Source of the DNA: Ptychomitrium polyphyllum
Taxonomy: Eukaryota
Reading direction: 5' to 3'
Assembly (NCBI GenBank): GCA_973851085.1
Contig: OZ316775.1
Span: forward strand, 2,170,001-2,234,000
Length of the DNA: 64,000 nt
A program made the translations under genes and the position numbers. The notes under the pieces were generated by a model. It made no database searches, was not told where the DNA came from, and was given only the letters and a program-made list of their open reading frames with translations. Each line of letters starts with the position of its first letter. Position 1 is the first letter of the stretch. Shown here piece after piece: positions 41,315 through 57,800 of the stretch.

Positions 41315-42595
41315 CGCTCTTCCTTTTTTACCCCTTACTTTTAGACCTCTAGACCATCAGCTAACTGCAGTAATGGGATCTTCCTCGCCCGCCCGCCTCC
41401 AGACCCAAATGTTACCCATCCTTCAATACTGCAACTGAGCCACTCTCAACCCCAACTCTGTCACAAAATACATCCCCTGTTAGAGATTGTCTTGATTCTC
41501 AAAAACAAGAACTATGGTCTAATACCACAGAAACAACAGAATCACAACTCTGCGGACACACACAGGAAAATCTCGAGATTAGATTACTAACGATAATGAC
41601 AGCTAGAGATGTCATTCTCCATTTTCTGCATTATTGCAGCCAAATAGAATAGCTCGACAGCGGGTACATAAAAATGCCGGCTCAAAGACTGTCTCCCCTC
41701 ACAACTTCCAAAACCCGGAATGCAAAACTCAAGATCGTTCTCAAACGCTAGTTAACACTCTCTACCGCATTCTAGCGGCCCGTCCCATACTCCAGGTCCC
41801 CTTCCAATCACTCCAAGACCTAGAAGGAGAAGCACTAAACCAGCAACAGAACCAATTGAGCTCAATATATACTCACTACTGAAAACCTCAAAGAAACAAC
41901 AACTCACACCACTCTGCACGTCAAATTCACCACAAAAGGTCTTTGCGTTTCCTCTGGATCTCTGTCTAAAAGACAATTCATCAACTACTGTACTTCACCA
42001 CAATCAGTAAAGTTCATGAATGGCAGATACAATCAACATACCCCAACTATATCGGATAAAAGTCCAACGCCCAATAAGAAGTGGAAAACGGGAAAACACT
42101 CCAAAAGTAAGCTGAATTCCTGATTGTCCGCAACTCGTTCACACAATCCACAAGAAGTACTGCAAGCAATCTTACAACATCAGGTCCCAGCAGTACGGTG
42201 CTAATCACACGTAAAACTCTAAATCCTAAATCCTAAACCGTCGCACCGAGAGATTCCCACCATCACAAGCTCTTCTCATCTAGTAAAAAAAGAATTGCAT
42301 GCCCCTTCCCAGATCAAACCCTCTCATTCTTGCCTCGAGAAAAACACCTTACGTCTGACAAGCTGTAAGAATCCTCACCTTCGAGTCCGCTCGGACGATG
42401 ACCTCCCCTTCGAACACGGATTCTCCGCATGATCGAGACAACACTTCCTCCCAAGGTAGAATTCTCCTGACTCTGGACTAGAGAAGCATGATCTGAGTAG
42501 CAACCTCATGAGGTCGCGCCATGGTACCCCTACAGCTACAAAGGCGATGGCGATGCGCGTGCCATACGAATGCGATTTCCATCATGGTGAGCACG

Positions 42596-42604
42596 AAACC
42601 CTAA
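42596..42604. promoter_or_regulatory. Telo-box AAACCCTAA in the CPL4 5' region
   Basis: Exact motif near the presumed first non-coding exon. Function is inferred only. Confidence 0.45.
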
Positions 42605-43856
42605 TCACAGAGTGACGCCTTTAACTTTTCTCCTCCCTTTGGTCGGAGGGAGCCGCTTTTTGCCCCCTCGTAGGCACAGGCTGATCACGCTCTTCCCACG
42701 TTCCTATCATGGGAACGGGCTGATTATGCTCTTGAGATCAGGTTTCCATTTCGTGTTAGTGACTCCAGAGCATCCTAAATTGGATAACACTCCTAGAATT
42801 GGCGTGTAGGCTTCCCAAGGTCACAACTAAATTTGATTCTTGTGCTATGTTTAGTTTTGGCTATTTCAGGAAGCAACGAGTATGAGGAACATAGGTTTTG
42901 GTTAAAGGTCAATCTAGATGTTGATCGGAGGTATGACTGACTTTCCACTTTGATTTCTTTTTAGTGATTTTAATATTAGTGATAAAATTATATGAGAACT
43001 TTGTGGTCTTTGTGATATTTGGTTTCTTGTGTGATCTTCAGATTTTATGCATGTATGCAAAGAAGCTTACGTTATTGATTTGAAGTCGCTTTTTTCTGAA
43101 TAGGGCAGGAAACTTTATAATTTAATAGTAGCTAGGTTAGCAAGGGGGTTAACTAACCAGAATTTTAATGGCGCATAAAGTTGAACATACGGATTTGAGG
43201 AACATGTAAAGATCACCTCGACATATCGGAGCACGGCTACACGGAATGCATTACAGTTCACGGATGAAACAGGTTCAATTTCACATTAAGATTTTCTTTT
43301 TCATATTATTGCGCTTCCTCAAAGTGAAAAATACTGAGTATTTTAAGAAATAAAGCATACCAGGTACAAAGCCAATTGGAGAAGGCTGTGAGTTTCCTGT
43401 GGGCTCAACATTATTGTGGAACAATTTCGTTATGTTTCAAACGACTCTTGGTGTAATCGATCAAGTCGCCAACAGCTATACCGCAATCTAATTGAACAAT
43501 TTGGAGAAGAAATTGAGAGCTCAAAGCGTTAATCATTAATGACCTCCCACGACTGTGCCACACAGATTTATCAACTCATCTGTAACATGTGCAAATCACT
43601 TTACCCGTGAGGATCCTAAAGGGAAGAATCTGCACTATCATCATTTCTACCGCCATGCTGCTGTAAATAGGAAATTCAAGTATCCAAAGCATTGCTTCCA
43701 CATTCCACATTATGCACGTGGAATATGAGCTCCTTTCACAGCGGGAGGTTGAAAGACTTTCTGAAGTCTAGATATGGCCAAATGCCAATCGAGTCGAGAG
43801 GCTGCACCACATTCTTACTTCATGGTTTCATACAAGATAAAAGGAGGCCCCACACA

Positions 43857-45644
<1,788 letters not shown>

Positions 45645-45724
45645 GGTCGTCCACACCGTACAAAACCCAAAACCCCAAAAAACTCGAAACCCAAAACAAG
45701 CGCGATCGGTTCGGCTGTCCCGGC

Positions 45725-45762
45725 TGGGCCTGCCTCCCTTCCAGTAAGGCTAAAAACCCTAA
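45725..45762. promoter_or_regulatory. Site II (TGGGCC) plus telo-box (AAACCCTAA) upstream of the CFIm25 ATG
   Basis: TGGGCC at 45725-45730 and AAACCCTAA at 45754-45762. Confidence 0.45.
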
Positions 45763-48700
45763 CTTGGTCCAAGAGCTGAACTCTGGTCAACACACCAGCG
45801 TGAATCCAGAGCCTGTTCCGGTAACGCTGCTACACGTGACACCAGAACCTACATAGTGCGTGCTGCCCTCAACTCCTCCCCAGAGCAAGTGCTACCCTCC
45901 ATGCCTCCTCTTCAAGGTCGCCTCTCTGCAACAGCACCCACCGCAACAAGCTCCCTCCTGGCTGCAATTCCGGGAGTGAGGTTTGAGGTGCCAGAACTCT
46001 GCAAGCGTAGGCACCGCAGTGCACTGCACTGAACGGCTCCCGACGAACGACGACGAACGACAACGGCGACGGAGAGTTGACAGGGGACGAAGCTTGGACC
46101 GATAAAGTCTGCCAAGTCACGTCTCGCGTCGCTTCACAAACGGCTCAAGACCGGGTCTTCACCCGACGAAAAACAGGCGCCTCAAGTAGAAAGACGCTCC
46201 ACGACTAGTCTTGAAATATCCATCCAATTTTGGAATATTCCATACCCGGATATTTGGTGTTTGGGCGATATCTGAATATACCTCTGTAATCCCTGTAATA
46301 CTTTATGAGAGAATGTGAATACATTGTTTATGCATTTGTAATACTTGGATAGTGGTAGAAAACTTCACCATGCATGATTAATAGGCTTTGAATCCTAGAG
46401 GGTGGAATCTTATTGTATTGTATTGTTTTTGATATGAGAAGTTTTGTTTTTCATATGGCGGAGTTTGGATTGAGTTGGAAGATCAAGAGGTGTAAGTATC
46501 ATACTTTTTAGCATTCTAAAGTAATAGAAGGAAGCTTTAGAAAAGAAGATTCAATAGCAGTTTTGATGTGATTTTCTATCTAGTGAACAAATGCAAATCC
46601 ACCATCTATTGCATGAGTTTTTGAGGCCCAATGCCATGGCCAAGTTTACTTACTTATCATTTCCAACAATTGATTTTAGAAGTACTTCAAGTAGCTAATT
46701 AAGAATGTTACATCATTAGCAAAATTACGCTTATGTTTGTATTTTTAATTTGTAATTTATTGTTTTTTTTTATTACTTTTAGGCTTTTCTGTATAATACC
46801 AAAAAACTTCATAGTTCCTTGGACTTATTATATATTAATGGATTCTTCATATTTACATCATTCAATGAAGTTTTATTAATTTTTCTTATTATAAAAGTAT
46901 TGAAAAATTAAAGAATTTAGATGCTATTCATATGTTTTGATTTAATTAAGAATCAATTTTGTAATTAAAATCTATAATTTTGTATAAATTAAAATTAATT
47001 AATTTGATTTATATTAAAAAACTTCAATATCATTGGTAGATATATATAAATGTTTGTAGATATTTTCAAAAAGTTGACTTATACTTTAAGCAATTCAAAC
47101 AGGATTTTTTAGTTGCTATAAATAATTGTTATATTCATCACTATAGAATTTTAAAAAAATGTAAATTCTTTTATAGTGAAAATGATAATATATTTTAACT
47201 TCATTTACGAACAACATTATCAAATGTTAAAAATTCTTGCTTGGAGTATTTTAAGGTATATAATTGATATTTTAATATTTAAACATATGGATATCTAAAT
47301 ATTTAAAATATAAGTATTGTAGACTAAGAATTTAAGAATGATATAACAATACATGATTACAACTCAGATTTAAGTAAAGGCTCTAATTTAGAACATAATA
47401 CATAGTTTCTAAATTTTAGAAAAGTTTTCATTTTAAACTAAAAAATGAATTTGAATCTATTTTTACTTTAATCAAAGAATACTACTTCATGTAGAATTAA
47501 TTCATTGCTTTATTTGTTGTAATTCTTTTTAATTTATCTTTAGATATATTTATATTTCATAGATCTCAAGTAAAACTTATGCTGAAGGTATTAACAATGA
47601 CTTGGGCGTTGGAGAGGAATGGGATCTTAAGGAAATGATACAATTTAATGGCTTTCAAAATTTTCATATTGCTTTGCTATATGGTTTGGTGGTTTTTTGG
47701 GAAGAAGCATAAGTAATGTATAAATTGAATGCATGAACTACTAGAGTTTTGGAAGGAAGGATCTTTTAGTAATAGTTTTTTCATTCGTAGCAGCTTCTTT
47801 GAGGCCTAGAATTTTCCTTTTTCATATTCCAAAACATATTCTTTTCAGGAGCTAAGATCATTAAATTAGCTCATTCTTAAGTATAACAATGCATGTTTCA
47901 CTCATGGTGCAGGGATTTCATTCATTAATTAACTTCATACCACTTGAGAGTCTTTCAAAATTTGACATTTCAGAAGGATATGTTACAAAATCCAAATTCA
48001 AGTAAAGAGAACCTTCCCTATTATTCCAAGAGTTTACAGGGGCCTGTCAGTATCTCATATTATTGATGATGCACCTCTTAGAAGTTACATTTATTCCAAC
48101 GGAATTTTTCCTGCATACTCATCAATACAACCAATGAAGGCTACAATTTCTCATCCAGTTTACTTGATTGCTAAAATTGTACTGCTATTGTTTCAACAAG
48201 AGATTTTTCGATCATGAGTTATACCAAACATTGCAACAATAAGTAAACTAACAATCTTTTAATCGTGCCAAATGCCAGGATTTTGTGGAATGCATGTACA
48301 TTGAATTGTACAACATTAAAATGAAACTGTATAGCTAATAAATTAGGTGAAATCTACATATTTTATTTTCACATTAGAATCCCAAAACTATATTCAATAT
48401 CAACAGCAAAACACACTTTGAAATTTCTACGAACAACCAAATCCATTCAAAATTTTCTTTGCCAAAATACAAATTAATCCATTAAAAAGTTATGGAAATC
48501 TCATGAATTGGGTCGAGACTCTAGCACACAATCTAGTATGTTTGAGGTACTAATGATCTACTATCCTTGGTAAGTCTATTGCTACAGACCAGCTGTGAGA
48601 ATCTGGTAGTTGGAATCGTAACCATAGTCCAATACATTCAAAGTAACAGAAAATTGAAAGAATACCTAGTCAAAACCAAGAACAAAGGAAGGAACAGGCA

Positions 48701-51700
48701 CACAATTAACATAATGCAACAGATATATATTCAAAAAAAGAAAGAAAGAAAACATACCTGAAACCGAACACTCCCAGGCATCGTAAGCCAGAAGCTTGCT
48801 CCTGTGTACTCTTCTCCACATAGAATTGTTCTGACCACTGACAACCATCAGAAATATTAGTCGAAACAACACATACTTGGGTAGGAAAAAACTAGACTAA
48901 ATGTGGCGACTACCGAAGCAAAATAGGCTACTCTCATGACAAACTTGTAGACTCCCACGCAAAGAATGGAAACATGTGGATGCATCCAAAAGCAAGCCTT
49001 GCAAGGCACATACTACTGCAGCTGGCAGCGTCATTATAGCTCCAGCAGCACAAATAAAATTATTATTTGCACAATTTCAGCTCCTCAAGGCACATCTGTA
49101 GAAGAATCAATAATCCAACAGTTATGGTAAAGAGGATACTTGAAGTACAATGCTAGCATATCTTATAAGATTTCAAACCCGGAAATACGAGTACTACGTA
49201 CTCGTTGTAAGGTATACAAACATGAAGTAAAGAAACTACCGTAGTGGTGGTTCTACGTAGTAACAGTACTCTTGTAACCCAAAACACCTAGTTCAGATGC
49301 AAGCTGATGAACCACCAGAAGTAAATATCGGTCACTATCCTGTATCCTGGTATTCTCAAATTATATAGTCATTGATTACAACCAGCAGCAAGCTAAATTC
49401 AAATTCAGTTAGTTTTAAGAAGCAGATCATGTAGAAACCAGTTGATAAGATCTGGGCTGGCTAACACCATATGCACACGCGATTAATACTCTCGATTGAT
49501 CACAGAAGCACTCACGGAGACAAAATGATCAGGAAAACACAACTAAAAGGAATATCTGCACATTAAACTAATTGAAGCTCATCATCACTGCAACACTATG
49601 CATAAATTTCATGAACGTAGTAGCATAGAGTGAACATAGGAAACGCACCTCTCAAGTCTACGGTGAACTTGAAACAATCTGAATATTCTACATTTAGGAT
49701 CAAACCAAGCTGGTTTCACTAGTCATCCAGAAATGGGTAGAACAAAAGAGAAGTTTTGTAGCACTTTCACACTATATCGCTGCAGATACTTGTTCAGTAG
49801 CAAAAAAGACATCACGAGTATACTCAAACTAGAAAAAACTCATAGCTAAGAAGACAGAAGAGAAAGTGGTGATAAAATCCGTTATAGCAAAAATACAACC
49901 TCAAGCTTTGGTTTAAAACAAATTTACTTCCTGTTATGGTGTTCACCAGCCAGTTGGCTATTCGTAACGTTCATCTGCTGCTTACTACCCAACTTCCAAT
50001 CCATATACAATTATTGAAACAACATATACCAAAGTAATACTTACATGAGATCATGCCACCACAATATTGCAAAGCTCTCAGATAAGCAGGATCCTTAGTG
50101 AAACAGAAAAGTAACGAAGCAAAGCTCTCCTTAGAAGAATAGGAAAGAGAGGCCCTACCAACAAGGAACTACTCCTCGTTATACTTAGCAGTCTTCCCTG
50201 CTATGCATCCAATCCGTCAATATCATCCAACTCCACTGGCAAACCCCATTGTCAGTCATAAAGTATAGGATCACGTTTCAGAACGCAGCGTATGACCTCA
50301 TTGTGACTGTAAGAAGCTGGCAACTAAACGACTAAGTAGCTTTAAACGAGTCTACAACATCGAAGATGCTACTGCCATCTTTCACGATATCGTCCTGAAA
50401 GCAGAATGCAGCTAAGTCAAACTATTCCACTGAAACCACTCGAGTATGGTTAAGTATCTTAGCTCAGAAACTAATGTTTCTATACTACAGGGATCTATTT
50501 TCACCTCACGCACGTATCCTCAATGGATGGATTTGCTGAAACAGCACTCATAGAAACTTTCAAGTTGCTTTCAAAACAGAAAGAAATTTAAATTATTATC
50601 TGTCAATGCAACAACATAAGCAAGCAAAACGTTTCTAGGTTCCTCGTGATCAGCATCTACACACAGATGCGATATAGGGACAAATACCAAAATGGTCCAA
50701 ATTCAGCTACAATACTGAGAACATACAACGAACTTTATAATCCATGATAACGAAGCCTATATACAAGTCAATCTTCCTTGAATGATTATACCATTTAGTC
50801 CTTCGTGAAGAGAAACAACCTGAGAAGGCACACCTTCACATACAAACATGACTAACCTTCATCTACACAATGGACTGGAAATAGACTGAATGAACTGACG
50901 AGCAGTACTTTAAACATGAGAGCAGAGTATTGATATGCTGAAATATTCCTAAAAAGAGGGGAAAGTACTGCACTGAAATAGAAATCTTAACACCAAATCT
51001 TCCAATCCAAGCTCTTTATTATTCATCAGAAGCTGTTTCCAGAAATCTAGCTCATCAATATGGAGCAAGTAGATGAATATACACCGGACCAAAGTATTCA
51101 CAGAAATGAAGCTCAATAGAGTATGGATCATACTTAGCAACAGAAACCCAGCTGCTTAGCAAACAATTCACTACATTTCTACAGAAAGACTGAGGTAAAT
51201 GTAAATCACAAGTACAACAAACACCCTGCCCAAACCAAAAAGATAGTCCAACATATGACAATATCCAGTAAAATGGATACAAAGCCCTAATTGCTGACAC
51301 CTAACATTAGAACGCCTAATACCAGAATGTAGAAGTAGCTAGAAATAAACAAGGTGAACCTGGTAACCATGAAAACTAACATAAGATTGTAATTCTAGGA
51401 AAGCTTCAGAAAATGTCACTCGAAAGCATAGGAAAGATTAGACAGGTACTCTTCTCTGAATGTTAAATCTGTAGAATGCTGTTCAATTCTTGAAAACACC
51501 ATACAGATAGTGACACAAAACTAAAACCAGGAGACAAAGTTCTAGTAGTGCAATAATTACTTAAAGCTTACACCAACATAAACTTCAAAAGCCCTCTAAT
51601 CTCCACCTCAAAGGCTAGTCAGAAACTGTTCAATCCGGTCACAGGACTTCTACGCGTTTAAACCCCATGACAATTTACAAGTTCTGAATAGATGGTAAGA

Positions 51701-51824
51701 GTCACAATAAGAGTCAAAGATAATGTGTTAGAAAATTCATAACCGCGTCTTTCAGAAAATAATTCAGGTAACAAATTTACAATGTGACCAAGAACGCACC
51801 ATACATGTAGATGCGAAAGTTAGC

Positions 51825-54800
51825 TCAGTATGGCCGATAGCCAGAGTTTGCATTTTGATTCCATCTGGTAGGACCAAGTCCAGATGGAGATTGATGTTGA
51901 TGAGAGTGTTGAGGATGCGAATGCTGCTGGTTCTGTTGGTGCTGGTGCGTTTGACCTTCATTGTCTCCCCTCTTCAACTCCACTTTGATGCGTTTGCCAG
52001 AGATAAGAATACCATTCACTTGCTGAATTGCCGCTTCAGCAGACTGTGGTGAATCCATAGACACAAAACCTGTTTGGGGAGAATAAAATAAGGGAACCAT
52101 CTGACCGAGGTAAAAAAACAAGTGAAAACAACCACCGCTAGTATTGGTGCTACACTTCGAGGGGAAAGAGCTACCCTCCTTGCTGTAACAGGAGCATTTC
52201 TTGAACAAGAATTACAACACGAACTGCTAGACAAGAAAACTAATAGAGCACAGCAGTAACACGATATGAAAGATAGAGCCCACACCCATAATCAACAAAG
52301 ACATAGCTTCATAAAGAAGAAGACATGAAAGTAACTGTTGACGCCGGCACAAGAGAAAATCAAGAGCAATATGTACAATATACCCTGTAAAAATCGAAAC
52401 TTCTAAACATAATCATTTTAGGTTTCCTCAACAACCAAGTATTATCGCTTCATAGACTTCAATACAGCTATCAACAAATTATTGTTTGTAAAACCAAAAA
52501 ACATCAACAGAAGGGAATGGAATGCGAACAACAGGTCAAAGCAAAACAATAGTTTTAATAACTGAGTAGTTCCCTTTCTGGGCGCAGTGAGAACGAAGGA
52601 AGACAAAAACTGTCTCTAGTGTCGTTGTCGAATTTCTAGGCACTTGTAGCTCACTGTCTACTTATTCAGACTGTTCAGTTGCAAACGAATGACACTCTTA
52701 TAAAACGGTCGGATACAATCTAATAAAAGCAAGAAATTAAAAGTTAAAGCCTCAGATCTTTTAAAACCAATTTTTGAGATACCAGATACTTTGATATATA
52801 AACCATCCTAAGGGAAACTATTCCCACCCAAACAGTCTGACATATTCTAAAGACATACAGGAGATAACTAGAAACAGAAGTCAAGATAATTCTCATTGAA
52901 AAGCCTGTAAACGCTGTAATCCATGCCAGATTTAGAAAGTTTATCATGAGGATTTAACTTCTAGCACACCTATTTCACACAAAACAATAAATACTACCAC
53001 AACCTATCTTTATTTCTTTGTAAAGACTCAGACCAAAATTGGGCAGCCATAGTAAATGTAAGAAGCAGCAAAAGGGAATAACAACTATTTCCAAGCATCA
53101 GAATCTTATCACCGCTTTGTAGTGATCCAGGGAGATAGACTATTCTAAGAGTTATATAAGCTAATATAAAACGATAGGACGATGACAAAATAGTCTCAAC
53201 GACAAATCAAGAAGCAATGTACTATTCTGTTCTGCATAGTTGTGTGCTTCTTTCACAGGGCTCGCGAGAATATACAGGTTCCTCCCTACAAAGAGACCAA
53301 ATGAAAAAAACCAGCAACGAAACAGCTTTGAAGGCAAACACATGAACAAGTCAAAACAGTTAATATATCCCTTTCTAAGTGTTGGCAAAATTTACAAAAC
53401 AGAGAAAACAAATTGTTGAGGAAAATTAATCACAAGGTCAACAAACATTTCAAATTGACTATTTGTGCACGAGTATACATCATGGAGTGGCCCAATTGCG
53501 AAAGTAAAAAACAAAGAAGTCAAGACTGAAGTCGGGTAGACCACGAGGAAATTAAGAAAACACAAAACAAAAAGGAGTCATACCATAAGTTCGATTTCGA
53601 CCTGTATCCTTTTCCACGCCAACTTTTGAGTATATAACTGTACCATAAGGAGTGAACAAATCTGCCAACTTCTTGTCACCCATATCTTCAGGAATACCAA
53701 ATACAAAGAGATTGGCTCCTGATACAAGCAGAATTTTTCTGTAAGCGACTTAAAAATCCAGTTCATAAAAGATTAGAAACAGCTTCCAATTATCAATAAC
53801 AATATTTATCTGGAATAAAATATGCACAAGAAGCCTTTGCTAACATTGACTGTCATGTTGTATTGCATGTAGTCAATGATAGTGTTTTGTCGGTCACCTT
53901 GAGGGCCACTAGTTGCAGTAGGAGGTGGCGGTGCTGGCGCCGACTTAACAGGGGTAGTAGTCTCTGAAACAGGAGGTCGTGGATGGATAACTGGAGGCGC
54001 AGATACTGTGACATCAACCATCCAATAAACACGAATTATAACTACAAATTGCATCTGAGTTCCATGAATGTGTATTCCTAAATAAATAAAGAGTTCCGAA
54101 CACAGTAATCTATGTAATAAGAATTTCAACAAACATGTTACAGAAATTCCTCTAAAATGCATTAAATCGAAACAGTAACCCAGAAGTATCATAAGTCTAG
54201 ATCTAACACTGCTGGAAATACTCCACAGTCCATATATCACCTAGACCCTTTAATATCCACATTACAAAATCAAGATCAATCAAATCCACTTAACGTTGTA
54301 CAGGCCATTTGAATAAGTTGAAAATAAAATGAGCTGATTTACCATGAGGAGGGTGTCCTGCTTGAGTAACAGTGGCTTGACCTTGTGCCGGAGAGGGAGT
54401 TGACGGTGATAGAGATGGCTGAGATGATGCTCGAGACTGGTTTTGACCTTGTCTAGGAGAAGGCTGTGAATTCTGCTGGTTTTGTTGTTGCTGCTGCTGC
54501 TGCTGGATGTTGGAAGGTGGGTAGCTTCCAGGCCGGGGCCCAGGTTGGTTAGGCTGGGTCTGCGGTGACTGCAACAACGGAGGTTGTCCCAAAGGAACTG
54601 GCATAAGAGGAGGTAAATGAGTCCCTGGTGCTTGTGGGGGTCCAGGATGCGGAAGCGCTCCAGGTGCGGGGTAACTAAGATGGCCATGCACGAGGTGGGG
54701 CATAGGAGCAGGTGCTGTAGCCCCTGCGTGTTGACCTTGGACCGGTAAGAGAGAGGATGCGTAAGGATTCTGTGGAGTTTGCGCGGGACCTGCCGAAGGG

Positions 54801-57800
54801 GCCAAAGATTGTGGCGGTTGACCCACTGGTAATGGAGCCAACGCAGACGATTGAACGTAAGAACCAGGTTGTTGCATGTGAGATCCCGCATACATGTAGT
54901 TTCCTGCATATAAGGTGTGCTTATTCTCAAGAGAATTATAAAACTCCAGGATCACATAAGCATGTAAATAAAGCTAGAAAAGTTCCACAGATATCACTAA
55001 AACATTTATTTAAAAACCGGAAGAGACATAGACAGATCATCCGCCAGACACTAAAATTACCTGTGTGAGACATGTATGATCCTGGATGCTGGCCATACAG
55101 GCCAGGCTGTTGTAAAGAAGGCCCCATGTGGGGCATGTAGCCTCCTGGATGCTGCCCAGGAGCCATTTGTGTCGCGTGAATAATATTTTGGCCAGGATGT
55201 ACCAAGTTCGGTTGCTGAGGGATTTGAATTACGTTACCAGGTTGCTGTTGTGGAACATAAGACATAAGAGGACTTTGCTGAACTTGCCCATTGAATGCTG
55301 GATTGACAGGTTGAATTGAAGCGGCTTGACTAGACCCTGGCTGTATGTGAGCCTGTCATCCACAAACACCGCCATATAAATCTTCAGTCTAGTAACTTTC
55401 AAGGGTAATGAACACAAACGTTTTGAAAAAAAGAAATTTAATCACTTCATAATATAAAGTTAATGATTCGCACAATCGTTATGCTCGTTCATATATTAAT
55501 CATACAAGCAGGCCGGTATAAAACACGAAATTTTTGCTTGTGCATCACCTGAGCATAATTATGGGACTCAAGTGCTGCTGGTTTCTCCCACTGGGTTGCG
55601 CCTGTGATCAAGTTGTGATAAAACGGTTTACCATTCGGTGCCTCATGAGTAGCCCATTCTTCTGCTGCTTTTCCATCAGCAGTTGCTTTGTGGCTAGGAT
55701 CCTGTACTTGAGCATGATAACCAATGTTGGCGTTCTGCCCTGAATTACCTTTTGCAGCTTCCGCAAGAGATTTTCCATAATCATTTTCGCTTGAGTTGGT
55801 CGAAACATGACCATTTGATGCTGGACCAGATTCCTGCACCAGAAAAATTGTAACAAATACCGTATGCACAAAAGGGTACAGATAGAGGACGCTCATCTAA
55901 ACTGTAGACTGTTAAAAGGCTCACACTAAACAGTGTCCAAAAGAGCAAGTAATCATCTCTAGTGGCTAACGCTTCAGACAAACAAGATTACCGATACACA
56001 ATCAAATACTTGACGCAATAGACAACTTTTCGACAGAGCTTCTATTATAAAAGCTAAAGCATCAAAATATTCACATGGCTTCAAGTCCAAATCCAGAAAC
56101 ATTGAAGGAATTTGGTCAAGAACACATAAAGTTATTAAAAACCCTACTACAGAGCAATCCCTTCCAGGCATTCTCTAAAACTCCGTCACAAACTGAATAT
56201 AGAACTTTATTTCTGTCATCGACAGTCGTCTAATATTTAGTTCTCAACTCAGTAGCGATGATAGCCTTAAAAGCTGCATTTCACTGATTATACGCAGGCC
56301 CTACTAATGCCCAATAAAAAAGTAATGTAATATGTACATACGAGTCCACTGACATTACCAAACTACTAGTTGCATTTGTCTGTTTAATGCAGCATCATTG
56401 GAGTAGGTCAGAAGTTAGCACCATCCTTACTCAGCCGGGTATCACAGAGTGTTTAAACCAAAATTCCAAACTCGTACAAAGTTTAATTCACCTAACCCAG
56501 TATGCGCTAAAAATACACCTACATGCTCATTGCAGACATTTACAGGCCGTGCATGCTACCATTAATTAAATACAATCAAAGAAGGTCGGAACTGCTTGAG
56601 ACCGTGGGGAACAACTAAGGACATGAATCTAAACGAAGAAAATGTCTATGGTTCAATAAAGCAGCTACTTCCAAGCACAAGGCACATACTTGTGCAATAA
56701 AACAATCTTAATCTCATTCTCAAATTGGAACTTTCGTTATTTCTAAAGAGCATGTCGGTAAACCTTCAAATCAGATACTGAACCAATTCGACACTTGATG
56801 TGGATAATATTTTCGCATGTACTGAGACTGCATCAATATACTAAGGTTAAAGAGCATCACTTATATCTGCAAAACTACTAACTGATTCAACTGATACCCC
56901 AGCACCTAGATAATGTCTCGATTACACGTTGGGGGAGAAAACCACACTACTATCCAGAGTATCTATAATCTACCCTCAATCGAACAAACCTAAAGAATTA
57001 GCACTCTACCTCAAATCGATCACTCGTAACTGGTTACGACAATACATATCACAATCGGTAGTTAACTATCAAAATTCCCCAAGCGAACCAATTTTACTCG
57101 ATATCAAGTAATGAACTTACTTTAAGACAATTAAAACCTTGCAATCTAAAAACATCGATTAGTATTTAGTGGAGCAGTTACAATAAATATTTACAACGTC
57201 AAGTTGGTGTACTGTATACAATTCTACTCCGATAACGTCTCTTCTATAAACTGAATCAACAACATAAAGCGCATCATTCCGCTTCTAATGACTATTTCCA
57301 AAGTTCTTGGACCCTCCGTTGAAAACTAGTGTCTAACAAGTTAAACGAGACCAGTTGTGCTTAAGAGAGAATGAGCCTACTAATAACACAAAAGCTTAAC
57401 AAATCCTCAAAGCCTGCGGTTAGTCACAACATTCTTACTCGTCCAAATTCCACGCAGTACTCTAAATACTGAGAATAATAGCTTCAATGGGATCAGGATA
57501 TAGTCTCCTGAACGCCGAAAAGTGAGGATACTTCATAATCTGGAGACGTCAACTGCCCCTCGTCGGTTAAGTCCAAACCATCGACTTCCACGACAGCAAA
57601 CCTCCAACTACCCATATCCAGAAGTCTATCTACGTGGCATTTTATAAGGTGGTCCTCCCCATGTCGGGGCTGTTCTGGGTCCATACCCAGCAGCACTCTC
57701 CAAAGCATACGGCATCTGAGTGGTAGCAAGTAAAGGAGCTATGAGCCACAAATCTAACTTACATGTGATCAGGTTCACGATCATCTTATCCAGAAATAGG

